Assembly (NCBI GenBank): GCA_950097015.1
Contig: CATNEN010000015.1
Location: 2,025,188-2,089,187 of the forward strand
Source of the DNA: Macrostomum hystrix
Taxonomy: Eukaryota; Animalia; Platyhelminthes
Direction of reading: 5' to 3'
Length of the DNA stretch: 64,000 nucleotides
The notes under the pieces were generated by a model that saw only the letters and a program-made list of their open reading frames with translations, was not told the origin of the DNA and ran no database searches. Position numbers and translations under genes: made by a program. Positions 37,534-50,046 of this stretch are shown here, piece after piece. The first letter of the stretch is position 1. Every line of letters starts with the position of its first letter.

Positions 37534-38243
37534 TTTTTTAATTTTTTAGAGTTGATTGTTAGGCATTTCAGATTACATTTAGTTTTGCGACACGTTTTTC
37601 TCTTGTTTTCTTTCCTAAATCCAAATTTGGTTTTCCTGACATGGTGACTCCCACATGCAGAATCCACAGATGCTATTTTATACCCCAAATATGACGGCTG
37701 TGTTAAATCAAAAGCCTGCACTTCGAGGCAGTTATTTAGCTGTGTTGTCATTCCGGTGGACGCAGAACTGTGGTTTTTCTATTCTTGTTCGCTTCAATTG
37801 TTACTGGAGTTTTTGCTGCAGTGTTACGGTCTTGCTAGCAGGTACAATTAAGATTCCATTTTAAGAGAGTGATTGAAATCATTTTAACAAATGTAAATGT
37901 CGCTACCAGCATATTGGTTGTTTTTTATTCAACCCTTTCTTTCGAGGCTGCTTCTTGTTGGATTGTGGTTTCTTGAGCAGTATTCTGAGTTCTGAGTCCT
38001 TGCTCGAGAAAAAGAGCTTGGAAAAAGATCTGTTTCCATGGAAATATGAAAATATTGCTGGTCCAAAGCACTGGGCCTAAATTCACTACAGCTAGCCAGG
38101 CACTGCAGCCTTCTGATTAGGTGAGACTGCTCACGGGATGAGGAGTGCAGTGTCCACTGCAGTAAGAATTGCAGCGTCAAGAAGAACTCTAGTTAAAACG
38201 ATTGCCTTCTGGACTGCTGGCCAGTGAAGAAGAGCTTCCTGAA

Positions 38244-38996
38244 ATGATGATCAGAGTTCTGCTTGCCACCATCTGCTGCCTGACCATCGCAGCTGCCAGG
38301 GTCGCTCAGTTCTCCTACATCGGCTGCTTCATCGATAACTCCTCAAGCGTCAGAGATCTGAACGGGCTGCACGGGGTGAGCAGGCTCGGTGAATTCGCTC
38401 ACAGCGACAGCGCCGGAGTGTACAGCAGCATGACGCGCGAGCTCTGCAGCAAAATCTGCTCTCTTGGCGGCTTTCCGTACTTCGGTCTACAATACAGCTA
38501 TCAGTGCTTTTGCGGCCTGTCCTATGGGCTCTATGGAGCGGCGAGTGAGTCCGATTGCAACTGGGCCTGCTCGGGAAAATCAACACAGAAGTGCGGAAGC
38601 AGCGCCCGTAATTCCGTGTTCGCTCAGACCTATCCAGGTGAGCTGAATCTCAAGCAATACAATGCTTCACTTTGTATTATTCCGTGAGCTGATACTCGTA
38701 CATATGAATGCACGATCCTTGGTGTAACAAGGAAAACTGATTCTATAAATTGCTTTTTAGATAGATCCATCTTCTCATGGACCATGTTGCCCAGCCTGAC
38801 TGTTGAGGCGACGCACGCCACCTTCTGGACTAGAAATGCGACATCCAGGATCGAGTGTGCGACCGAGTGCCATGCCCGAGCCACCTGTCAGGCTGTGATC
38901 TTCTCTAAGACTCAACTGCACTGTTATCTTCTCAGGTTTGCCTACCCGCCTGCCAGCCTGAGCGGCATTCCCGGAGACTACTACCTGCGAGGCTGA
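38244..38996 (+). CDS. W5: secreted WSC + PAN-like protein, 2 exons (38244-38637, 38761-38996), intact
   Basis: GT donor at 38638 (phase 1), TTTTTAG acceptor ending 38760, in frame. Ends GDYYLRG-TGA. Confidence 0.9.
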
Positions 38997-39285
38997 GACT
39001 ACTACCTGCGAGGCTGAGACTACTACCTGCGAGGCTGAGACTACTACCTGCGAGGCTGAGACTACTACCTGCGAGGCTGAGACTACTACCTGTGTGCCTG
39101 AGACTACTACCTGTGTGGCTGAGACTACTACCTGTGTGGCTGGACTGCTACCTGTGTGGCTGAGACTACTACCTGTGTGGCTGAGACTAATACTTGTGTG
39201 GCTGAGACTACTACCTGTGTGGCTGAGACTACTACCTGTGTGGCTGAGACTAATACTTGTGTGGCTGAGACTATTACCTAAGACT
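38974..39285 (+). repeat. 21-bp stop-codon minisatellite after W5, ~15 units
   Basis: The first five units carry the gene's own CGA-GGC-TGA variant; later units carry TGT-GGC-TGA. Confidence 0.95.
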
Positions 39286-40740
39286 TAAGCTTAGAAAGAT
39301 CTACGTCACTCCTACGTTGACTCTGATTCATAATTTGAAACAAACAAAGAGGCTAGTCATGTGTGAAGAAGCGAGTCACAGTGTAAATTAATTTTCCGCT
39401 TAAATTCGATTCTTCTATATTTATAAAAACTAAATCACGACCTGAAGGTAATTAGACTTCTTATACGTACTTTAACGAAGCACCATTTTTCTCGATTTTG
39501 CACAGCAGAAGTTTGAAATTTTCAATCGTACAAATTAAAGGTATCGTTTATTATAGAAGTTAATTTTTTTTTGTGTAATTTCTTGTAATCAATATCCCTA
39601 TGGAAGTTTATATTAAGGTTTTTTTCCATGTTCGTGGTTTTGTCTCGCGCACACATTGTTACAAGTAGTAAGCGCTGCGCACATCAATGCATCTGCCTGT
39701 TATTTTGTTTAGCCATTAGCAGGAAAACAGATGTGGGAAAAGCTCGACGGGAAAAAAATCATAGTCCCGTTGGTCTTCCGTTCTATGCTTCTAGGTTCTC
39801 ACGATAGTGCGTTGGCAGTGCATGATTAAAAAGTCAGTAATGCTGATACGAGTGTTTCTGGAAATCAAATTCAAGCGTTTGGTGTTTGTGGTGAAGGAGC
39901 TGTGAGTTTTTGGTACCCTTGATGTTCTCATTTTTGAAGAGGAAATTAAAACTGGGACTGAAATCACTTCTCTCACGAAAGGAGAAAAGCTGTTGTGTTT
40001 CTGTGAGTTACGATCAAATGTAAGAAAACAAAAACACAAACTATAATCAAGCATTCTAACTATGGGCCTCAGGGCAGTGGCCTTTTTACCTAGCTTTAAG
40101 CATGCTTTCTATGAAGTCCACAAAACTTTCTGTTAATTCTGTGCTTTCCTGTGTCATTAACAGTTGAACTACCAATCGGGGGGAATTCCCCCCCCTGACA
40201 ATTCTTTTGCTGCACCCGAACGGAACAATGCAAGCACACGAAACTCAAGAACACGGGCCAACTTTTTGTTGCGCATCTTCTGAAACAAGAAACAAGTCGC
40301 CAGCTCTTCAGGCCGTCGAGATATTCAATGTTTCTGGCCGAAGGTCCGATTTTTCCCATAAGAGCTAGTGTATTTCATACACCCCTATACACGAATTTGC
40401 ACTGCGCCTCAGTGCGGCCTTTCCAGACCTTCAAACTTTATCAGCATGTCACCCGAATGTGCTTGCATCATCACCGACCTTTATCTAGATCTATCTCTCT
40501 TATCTATCTAGACCTTCAAGAGCTACAACAGGTGGAACTAGGCCACTATGGACACCCTGACGCGAATTTCTCCAATTTCACTGTTCAAGCCTAACTATTA
40601 GGCGCAGCTCAACCACAGGACACCCTCGACTGGTCTGTCAACCTTTTCAAATGGTTGTTTTTAAAAAAATTCCCCCCTTGGTATAAAAACGGGCGGCAAA
40701 ACGGCTTGGTAGTCCTACTGTTAAATACACAGTTTTATCA

Positions 40741-41110
40741 TCAGCTGTTAGGCTTTCGAAATTTCGAACCTGCCACTTTCTCTATGAATTTATTTTTAAT
40801 TGGAACATAAACGGACCAATTGCATCCAAAGAGAATAGGAGTTTCGTTCTCTACCTCGACTCTACATTTTGGACATGTTCTGTTCTCATAGGCGATCTTC
40901 GGTCTTACAGTGCGCAATGTCTCACAGGCCAGTTTGTGGTTTCCTAGAAGAAATCGGGACATTGTGCGCCTTAAAACTAAAAAACTCCATTGCACAAACG
41001 CATGCCAGACTAGTAGCTGATATTTTCAGAACCAGCGGTAGTAAACACAATCCAATGGGAACTAAAAACAGTTCTAGAACTTTCGCTCCCCATATTTGCC
41101 GAGCTTCTTT
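40741..41110 (-). mobile_element. Degenerate 3' end of a LINE ORF2 (C-terminal Cys/His region)
   Basis: RRTMSRFLLGNHKLACETLR...ENRTCPKCRVEVENETPILFGC resembles the R...HxL.IE.GR / R.C..C...EDE.H..F.C motif of CR1/L2-group LINEs. Confidence 0.7.
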
Positions 41111-41518
41111 GTAGACCTGCGGCGCACTAATAGGGCTGCCGCTACATTAGCCGCTCAATGAAATCGCATTTCTAAGCAAACAGACCACGCGGGGAAATGA
41201 AACTCTATTTAGCCTGAACCAGAGTAGCTAATTGATGTGATGTGAGGCAGCGGGAATGTGAAGTCTTTAATGGATACTGGAGGACTCACGTGGGGCCTTC
41301 ACGTGAGCACACTAAACCTATTCCAGACTTTTTTGAATGCAGTAAATAATTTGTGGATTTTATTTTGAAAAGTACCAGAGAAGCATAAGAAGAATTTATT
41401 TGCTCATATTACCACAATAAGAACTAAATTATAACAAACCTTACAAATTGAATGACAAATGAATTTTTAATCGCAGTCTGTCACTTCAGTAAATTTTTAT
41501 CGGCACCTCGCCTGTCGA

Positions 41519-41677
41519 AAGTCTTTGTCATTGTCAAAATGGTAGCCTCGAGGGTAGTAAGTCTTGGTCATTGTCAAAATGGTAGCCTCAAAGGTAGTAA
41601 GTCTTGGTAATTGTCAAAATGGTAGCCTCGAAGGTAGTAAGTCTTGGTCATTGTCAAAATGGTAGCCTCGAAGGTAG
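41519..41677 (-). repeat. 40-bp minisatellite after W6, 4 copies, embedding a diverged copy of the terminal 21-mer
   Basis: Minus-strand unit contains GACTTACTACCTTCGAGGCTA plus 19 nt of extra sequence. Confidence 0.85.
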
Positions 41678-41695
41678 GTCGTAGTTACGCTGGTC

Positions 41696-42432
41696 TTAGC
41701 CACGTAGGTAGCCTCGCAGGTAATAGTCTCCTGTAAACCGAGTCAAGCTAGCTTGCGAGTAGACAAACCTGAGCAGGTAGCACAGCTGCTGCTGCTCAGA
41801 GAAAATTGCAGCCTGGCAGATGGGGCTGGCCTCGCAAAGGATGAGGCACTGAGAAGCGGCATTCGCAGCCAAGGTCCAGTGCGTGGTCTCGGCAGCTTCC
41901 ACTGTTAGGGTGAGTCTCGGAGATTTCGTGAAAAACGCTTTGTCTAAATGGATTGAAAAGGATGTGAGACATCGCGAGTCGCGAGACAGCTGAGGAAAGC
42001 AGAGACTTCAGAGAGCTAGCTAGTGTGCAACTTACCTGCATAGGTCAGCCTGAACACTGAGTTCCGGTTGACTGAACCGCAGATCTGACTCGAGTTCCCG
42101 CTGCAAACCATGTTGCATTCACTCGCATGGGCCACTCCCTGGGACCCGAATGACTGGCCGCAATAGCACTCAGAGCTGAACTGTACACCAAAGTAGGCGA
42201 ATCCACCGAGCGAGCACGCATTGCTGCAGAACTCGTGAGACATGCGGTTGCTTAGCAACCCGGAGCCCACCAGTGAAGTTCCACCGACTGAGCTGATTCC
42301 AATGAGCCCGTTTAAATCTCTAACACCAGCTGTGTTGTCGACGTAGCAGCCGATGCGCGAGAACTGAGCCACACGGGCAGCCGCGAGGGCTAGGAGAGCG
42401 CAGCAGACAGCAAAGAGCAGGCTCGTGCTCAT
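41696..42432 (-). CDS. W6: secreted WSC + PAN-like protein, 2 exons (42432-42036, 41943-41696), intact
   Basis: GTAAG donor at 42035 (phase 1), TTTAG acceptor at 41946-41944, in frame. Ends GDYYLRGYLRG-TAA. Confidence 0.9.
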
Positions 42433-44244
42433 GTTGCTGAATTATAAATAATACCGACCTGCCTGTGTGATGATTCTTATTGACAACCTTTTTGTCGTTT
42501 GCGATCCCTGAGGCGGCAATGCAAGCAGGGGACGGTTACACTGGGCGGCGCATGAATTGTTCTCAGAAGTCCAATTAGAACTCAATATTATCCAGTGCGA
42601 GCGCGCGCCGCAAGTAGCATTCAGCTCCCATTGGTCAATCCTTTGCAATGAGATTTGAAAGTCAACACTGTCTATTGGCCATTAGATATCGTCTTTATTC
42701 TAATATTTGGAACTGTAATTGTGGTCCGATGGACATTTCTTTGAGAAATTCGAAGGCCGGCCGAAGGTTAAAGTGCAATTCCCTGACTGAAATATTCAGT
42801 GCCGATTCAATCAGTAAAATTGCTTGTCAAACGGGGGGGTAAAAAGCTCATAAGTTTTTTAACTTTTCAGACTACCCACGTACATTTTGAACTTTTATGT
42901 ATCTCCAAAAATATTCAATCTATCGTCATGAAAATCCAGAACACGGTCTAACATTAGAGCTCTTTCCGATGAATCACAAGGTCAGCATCGTTGAGATACT
43001 TATCGATTGTGGTCAAAGACGCCGGTGACAAGGACAACAAAGACTGCCGGTGACAAGGACAACAAAGACGCCTTGCGAAGAGCGCGGCGTCGGTCTCGCT
43101 GCCTGGGCCGCTGCGCACTCCGCAAGCCGCACGAAACGGGCGGCTCCCACCGCCTCCTCGCTGCATCCGCTCGGGCCGGTGCACCCTGAAGCTAAGTCAA
43201 GTAAGTCCAGTCTCTGGGGGACGGGGGAAGTGGCTCGGCGTTGGCGATGAGTCGAACGAAGACGTGGAGCTCGCGGATCCAAGTGCTCAACTCGTCGATC
43301 CCTTGGAGGTGAATGAGATGTCGTCTGCACTCTTTCTCAAAAAAGCTGGCAGAATGTGCCGTGGACTTCCGCGTTTTCCTCACCTAGGCCGCACCCAGTT
43401 TGGAGGGCCATCAATGGATGACCAGATCTACAAATCCTGAGGAACTCTAAGGAACCCAGAGCTCAGTTCCAAATCCAGGTGACGCTGGAGCCTCCTGCGT
43501 CCCTGTCAGTTCCGCCGGGTGGCGCCAGGGACCGCTAGAACGCAACACGGAAGCTAGGTGAACCGGAGCAGGTGGGACGGCAGCTGCTGCTCAGAGAAGA
43601 TCGAACTGGACAATGCAGCCAAACCGATTTCCGACAGCGCTAGTCCACAATGGCATCAATCATAACCAGAATTGAATCAATCATCAAAATGATGACGTAA
43701 ATAAGACGAAGGGAGGGATAAATATAGGTCATCCAGAATGCTCTCAGCCCTCAGTACCTACCATGATACTACCATAGCTACAGAGAGCCGTCTTGGCCCA
43801 GACTCTGAGCGATGGAGCCTTCTTTCGAGCTTTTGAGTCCGTGCCAGGCTTAGCTCACTGGGCTCAGCTCACAATGGTAATTATTACCCATCAGGTGTGA
43901 CAGCCAGCATTTCACCATCCCTGGTCCCGGCTGAGGCAGCTTAACTTGAAGGCTGCTAATAGTGGCTAGAAACTGAAATCAAAACTGACCATCATTTTCC
44001 ATGCTTTTCCATTTTGAATTCTTTACTCGTACCAAGTTGAGGACTTGAAAATTTCAATGACTTTTGCTGCACACTAATTATCGTCAACACTTCACATGAT
44101 ATACTCGTAGAATTGAATCAAAGTAACTCAGTGGACTGATATGAGCTTGCATTTTTATTTAACATCATAGAATGTACTTCATGCTTTTCCTTAATAATCT
44201 CACATAGTTATTTATGTCAGACACGGGCACACAGGTACACAGTC

Positions 44245-44962
44245 TCAGCCACGCAGGTAGTAGTCTCCAGGTGTACTGCTCAGGTTGGCGGGTGGGTAGG
44301 CGAACCTGAGCAGGTGGCACAGCTGCTGCTGCTGAGAGAAGATCACAGCCTGGCAGTCGGAGCTGGGCTGGCACTGGACCAGGCAGCCCAGTCTGCTTGT
44401 GGAGGCGCTGGCCCACACAATGGCGTTGCTAGCGACAACGGTTTTAGTAGGCCGGGATGACTTCGAGAAGCAGTTGTTTTCTGTAAGGAGAATTCAAAAC
44501 AATCTTTACAACTGCAGCTCAAGTTGAAGCATGGGACCATACAAGTCAGAGCACAACCCACTGGGGTAGGTGAGAGCAAACACCGAGTTACGGAGGCCAC
44601 CGCCACAAACTTGGCTTGCATCTCCGTTGCAGCTCGTGCTGCAGTTGCCTTCGCTGACTGCTCCCAGCGATCCGTAGGCTCTGCCGCAGAAGCACTGGTT
44701 ACCCCGCCTGCACCCCGAAGTACGGGAAGCCGCCGAGACTGCAGAGGCCCGCGCAGAACTGGGGCGTCATGCTTCCAGTTCTGATGCCGAGGCTGGAAAC
44801 GGAAAAACCACCAAGTTTTACAACAGCAGTGAGCCCGTCCAAGTCTCTGTTACTGTCCTTGTCCTTGTAGCAGCCGATGTAGGAGACCTGGAACAGCCGG
44901 CCAGACACGCAGGCCAGGACGGCACACGCAGCCAGCAGTGTGTGAGTCAGGCGTAAGCTCAT
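44245..44962 (-). pseudogene. W7: WSC + PAN-like gene (44962-44562, 44480-44245) with a +1 frameshift in exon 1; exon 2 intact
   Basis: GGGTAACCAGTGC versus GGGTTCCAGTGC in the near-identical W9 creates a TAA at 44701-44699. Exon 2 ends GDYYLRG-TGA with only ~1 extra degenerate unit. Confidence 0.78.
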
Positions 44963-45642
44963 TGTTTAGTGACTACTTCAGCCGTCAGGAAAGGAGAGCA
45001 ATGACCTTCGTCAGGCCTTAGAGAGCCCATTAAAGATGCCAAAGCCTGAAACCGACTTTGTAATATATACTCAACTGCTCACAACCAATAAGCCCATGCA
45101 AGCCCCATGTCTTTTCCAAAGCGTCTTCAGCACTTGAAGGCTGCCCGCAGAAGCCATTGTCAAACAATGACACTTCTGGACTCCTGAAGCTAATCTTCCT
45201 TCCTAAAGACATCAACGAAGCCAACTTCTAATTGTTTCTTAACTCTCTCTCCTAGTCACTTGGTGAGGCCTGTGTGATGCCTTTGTCATTTGTGAAAAAA
45301 AACAATAAATCTGCTGTGCACCTTTTAATGAGCCCACTTTACCAGGGGACAAAAAATGAGTTTGCCTGCTGACAGTTTCCAAGAAAGTCTTTCTTCACAT
45401 TTTCCAGCAGGGCTAATGAGAACTGCTTTGCTGTGTCACTTGGATGGGTATCTATAAAATCAAACGAACCAACTTACACCTGATTACTGAACTGCGAACT
45501 AAGCATACAATACTACTAATTAATCTGGCTAGACGTGCTCTCAAGGTCTCTTAAGTATCTTAGTGTTTTGAATGGTGTTCTCATTTGATCTCATCTCATC
45601 GAGAGACTCATCTGTATGTCACAATCCTCCAAGACTTCTGAG

Positions 45643-45755
45643 TGGCTGAGACTACTACCTTGTGTGGCTGAGACTACTACGTGTGTGGCTGAGACTACTA
45701 CCTGTGTGACTTCTAGCTCGTACCTGCATGGCTGAGACTATACCTATGTGGTTGA
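45643..45755 (+). repeat. Orphan degenerate 21-bp minisatellite (~4-5 units) with no adjacent PAN exon
   Basis: GGCTGAGACTACTACC.TGTGT units. Upstream sequence shows no exon 2 homology. Confidence 0.85.
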
Positions 45756-46252
45756 CACAGCGAAAAGAACGTTCAGGTTTAGATGGTGCTGATAGCAGTA
45801 GTAGGCACGCTTATTCAAGAAAGTGAATGTCATTCTAAGCCTCTTCTTGTGACAAATTGCTGTGAAGCAAAAACTGAAGACGCTGTTCTATTCAATTTTT
45901 TACCCTACTTTGAATGCCCTGTTGCGATCTAGTCAAGCAGTCTTGTGGCATCTCTGAACTGAGCTGTGTAGGGAGCTGTTTTAAACTTTGTCCTCGGGAC
46001 AACTTTCGTTGATTATTTCCCATCCATGTCACTCTACAAAGCCACCCAGCAGGGGGGCTATTCCTTGCGATTAGCAGTCTCCTTCACAAGTCAAAATGTT
46101 TGGGCAGTGCATCCACTCAAAGGTTTGGATGCAGTGACACTCCTAACAATGCTCAAATCTTCCCTGCTGCAATTTACGGAGCTTCCGTTTGTCAAAATCT
46201 GAATAAAAACTACCGCTGACCCGTACCAGGAATATTCTAGTCAGCCCGATTC

Positions 46253-46461
46253 AGCTCACCTGTCCCTTAAGCAAACCTGTCCCTTCAGCTCATCTGTCAG
46301 TTCAGCTCATCTGTCCTTTCAGCTCACCTGTCACTTCAGCTCACCTGTCCCTTAAGCTCACCTGTCCCTTCAGCTCACCTGTCCCTTGAGCTCACCTGTC
46401 CCTTAAGCTAACCTGTCCCTTAAGCTCAGCTGTCCTTTCAGCTCACCTGTCACTTCAGCTC
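46253..46461. repeat. 17-bp satellite island in reverse orientation, upstream of W8
   Basis: CTTCAGCTCACCTGTCC units. Confidence 0.9.
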
Positions 46462-46861
46462 ATGCATCTCTTGAGTTTTGTCGTACATCAATTTTCTGAA
46501 ATGTCCATGCACACCCGAATTGAACTTAAATACCTCGAGCCAACTATTCAGATTCCAAAAGTTTTTTTTTTTAATAATTTGGCAGTTTTGAGGAAATTTA
46601 CAGACTATTTAGGTGTATTAAAACAACAGTCAGCACCCCTTATGCTTCACAATTAGCTCAGAAGGCTTCGCAAGCAGGTTCTGCTTTCTGATTGGTTCGG
46701 CCAGTCCATTGTGATAAATTGGACAGCAAATCGCATTTTACATGTTACTTTAGGTAAAACAGAAGTCCGGCGAGATTATGCTCAGGTTGTATGTTACTTA
46801 AGAAGGCTAAAACAGCAACGGTTAAATATTATCTCCATAGTTAGCTTCGTAATTGGCGATA

Positions 46862-47956
46862 ATGATCAGCGCTTTGGCCTCCGCCGTCTGCTGCGCTCTG
46901 CTGGCTGTCGCTGCTGCCAGGGTGGCTCAGTTCTCCTACGTCGGCTGCTTCAAGGATGATTGGCGTAGCGTCAGAGCCTTGAACGGGCTGGATGGAGTGA
47001 GCACACTTGGTGAATTCGCTTGCGACAGACAAGGCGTGCGCAGCAACACCATGTCGCACGAGCTCTGCAGCAATGTCTGCTCACTTGGCGGATTTCCGTA
47101 CTTCGGAGTGCAGTTCAGCCGTGAGTGCTTTTGCGGCAAGTCCTACTGGCTCTACGGAGCTGCCAATGCGTCCGACTGCAACATGGCCTGCTCGGGGAAC
47201 TCATCACAGATCTGTGGAGCAAGCAACCGGAACTCCGTGTTCGCCCAGACCTACCTGGGTGAGAATGAACTACATGCCAAAGACTAAGGGTTTTTAAGAC
47301 CATAAGATCAGCAAGAATTGAGTCGTGAAAAACGCTTGTAGGCCCAGTTCTTGAAGGCCCAAGTGATTTGGCAGCGAGAATTGCAGTCTCTAAGGCTTAG
47401 GGTCGATATATTTATTGGTTAACGATAGCGGAGGATGGGTGTGTTGTATGAGCACGTTCGATGCTGCAAGTTGCAAGCGGATACCCTACAAATACCCTAC
47501 AAATACCCTACAAATACCCTACAAATCAATGGTGGGCACGAGCGTAGCTCTTAATTAAGCTGAAGTGAATAATGAAGCACAAGAGATGCATAGCCAGCTA
47601 TGCCGCTAAAATTTCTATTGTGAAACTGCCCAAATACCGAAAAATACTCGTTCTAGAAATTCAAGGATTTCTAACTCTTTTAAGAGGAGCAGATACATAG
47701 CGCTAAAACTTGAATTACAGGAAGGAACACTTTTACCAGGACCCAAACGCCAAGCCTGACTGTGGTGGCCACAAGTACCACATTCTGGACAAGAGCTGTG
47801 ACTTTGAATATCGAGTGTGTGGCCCAGTGCCAAACCGACGCTGACTGTCAGGCTGTGATTTTCTCTGAGCAGCAGGGACAGTGCTACCTGCTCAGGTTCG
47901 CCTACCCACCACCTAGCCTAACTGGCATTGCTGGAGACTACTACCTGTGTGGCTGA
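46862..47956 (+). CDS. W8: secreted WSC + PAN-like protein, 2 exons (46862-47258, 47721-47956), intact
   Basis: ATG at 46862. GTGAG donor at 47259 (phase 1), TTACAG acceptor ending 47720, in frame. Ends GDYYLCG-TGA. Confidence 0.9.
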
Positions 47957-48941
47957 GACTACTACCTGTGTGGCTGAGACTACTACCTGTGTGGCTGAGA
48001 CTACTATCTGTGTGGCTGAGACTACTACCTGTGTGGCTGAGACTACTACCTGTGTGGCTGAGACTACTACCTGTGTGGCTGAGACTACTATCTGTGTGGC
48101 TGAGACTACTACCTGTGTGGCTGAGACTACTACCTTGTGTGGCTGAGACTACTACCTGTGTGGCTGAGACTACTACCTGTGTGGCTGAGACTACTACCTG
48201 TGTGGCTGAGACTATACTACCTGTGTGGCTGAGACTACTACCTGTGTGACTGAGACTGCTACCTGTGTGGCTGAGACTACTATCTGTGTGGCTGAGACTA
48301 CTAGCTGTGTGGCTGAGACTACTACCTGTGTGGCTGAGACTACTATATGTGTGACTGAGACTACTATCTGTGTGGCTGAGACTACTAGCTGTGTGGCTGA
48401 GACTACTACCTGTGGGGCTGAGACTACTACCTGTGTGGCTGAGACTACTACCTGTGTGGCTGAGACTACTACCTGTGTGGTCGAGACTACTACCTGTGTG
48501 GCTGAGACTACTACCTGTGTGGCTGAGACTACTACCTGTGTGGCTGAGACTACTACCTGTGTGGCTGAGACTACTACCTGTGTGGCTGAGACTACTACCT
48601 GTGTGGCTGAGACTACTACCTGTGTGGCTGAGACTACTACCTGTGTGGCTGAGACTACTACCTGTGTGGCTGAGACTACTACCTGTGTGGCTGAGACTAC
48701 TACCTGTGTGGTCGAGACTACTACCTGTGTGGCTGAGACTACTACCTGTGTGGCTGAGACTACTACCTGTGTGGCTGAGACTACTACCTGTGTGGCTGAG
48801 ACTACTACCTGTGTGGCTGAGACTACTACCTGTGTGGCTGAGACTACTACCTGTGTGGCTGAGACTACTACCTGTGTGGCTGAGACTACTACCTGTGTGG
48901 CTGAGACTACTACCTGTGTGGCTGAGACTAGTAACTGCGTG
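47934..48941 (+). repeat. 21-bp stop-codon minisatellite after W8, ~47 units
   Basis: Begins in the last codons of W8. Confidence 0.96.
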
Positions 48942-49539
48942 TTACTACTGCCTACAAACTATGGCCAATTCGTCAAATATTCAATCAATTTTTATTCGTT
49001 TTCCTTTCACCTTCAATTTATTCAATCAAGCCTGAAGTTAATTTGTTGTCAGATGAAACGCATGTAGGCTACAAGTTCAAAGTTTTTTACTGGTCTCAAT
49101 GCCTTCTAGTTGACTTGATAAATGCGACCTACTGTCAATGCACGGAATGTTAAATATATGTTTTTTAGTTTTTGATAGCTGAAATGCAATATCTTTACTT
49201 TTCAGCAAATACAAATTCATCCGCATCAATGATTATTGCATTTTCTTTCCTGAAAATTCTTCTTAAACAACTAAGTAGGCCTGGTGCGCTTAATACAAAG
49301 AATTAAGACAAATTTATGTCATACTCGAATTACTTTAGTCTATTAAGCAATTGGGAAGCGACGGAAAAATAAGAAGAAATGTAGCAGAAACGGTCTTTTG
49401 CAACTACCATTGAGTGAACTACAGGTAATCACCGAACCAGGCATTAGCACGCTTATGCAGGACTCATAAGCCATATCGTACAGCACGGGCCTGACACTCC
49501 GAAAGGCAAGAAACGAATGCAGGCTTATTGGCGAGATGA

Positions 49540-49995
49540 GACAGGGGAGAGATGACACAGGGGAGAGATGAGACAGGGGAGAGAGATAATACATGGGGAG
49601 AGAGATAAGACACTGGAGAGAGGAGACTGGGAGACATGAGACACGGGAGAGATGAGACACGGGACACATGAGACACGGGACACACGAGACACGGGACACA
49701 CGAGACACGGGACACACGAGACACGGGACACACGAGACACGGGACACATGAGACACGGGACACATGAGACACGGGACACATGAGACACGGGACACACGAG
49801 ACACGGGACACACGAGACACGTGACACACGAGACACGGGACACACGAGACACGGGACACATGAGACACGGGACACATGAGACACGGGACACATGAGACAC
49901 GGGACACATGAGACACGGGACACATGAGACACGGGACACATGAGACACGGGACACATGAGACACGGGACACATGAGACACGGGAGAGATAAGACA
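49540..49995. repeat. 16-bp minisatellite (GAGACACGGGACACA[T/C]) with a degenerate left end
   Basis: ~25 units. Replaces the distal intron and exon 2 position of W9. Confidence 0.92.
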
Positions 49996-50046
49996 ACTGC
50001 AGCTCAAGTTGAAGCATGGGACCATACAAGACAGAGCGCAACCCAC

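Noticed and set aside
42950-43800. GC-rich segment with short ORFs and a 2-copy 27-bp repeat upstream of W6
   Set aside because: No recognisable domain or termini; left unassigned.
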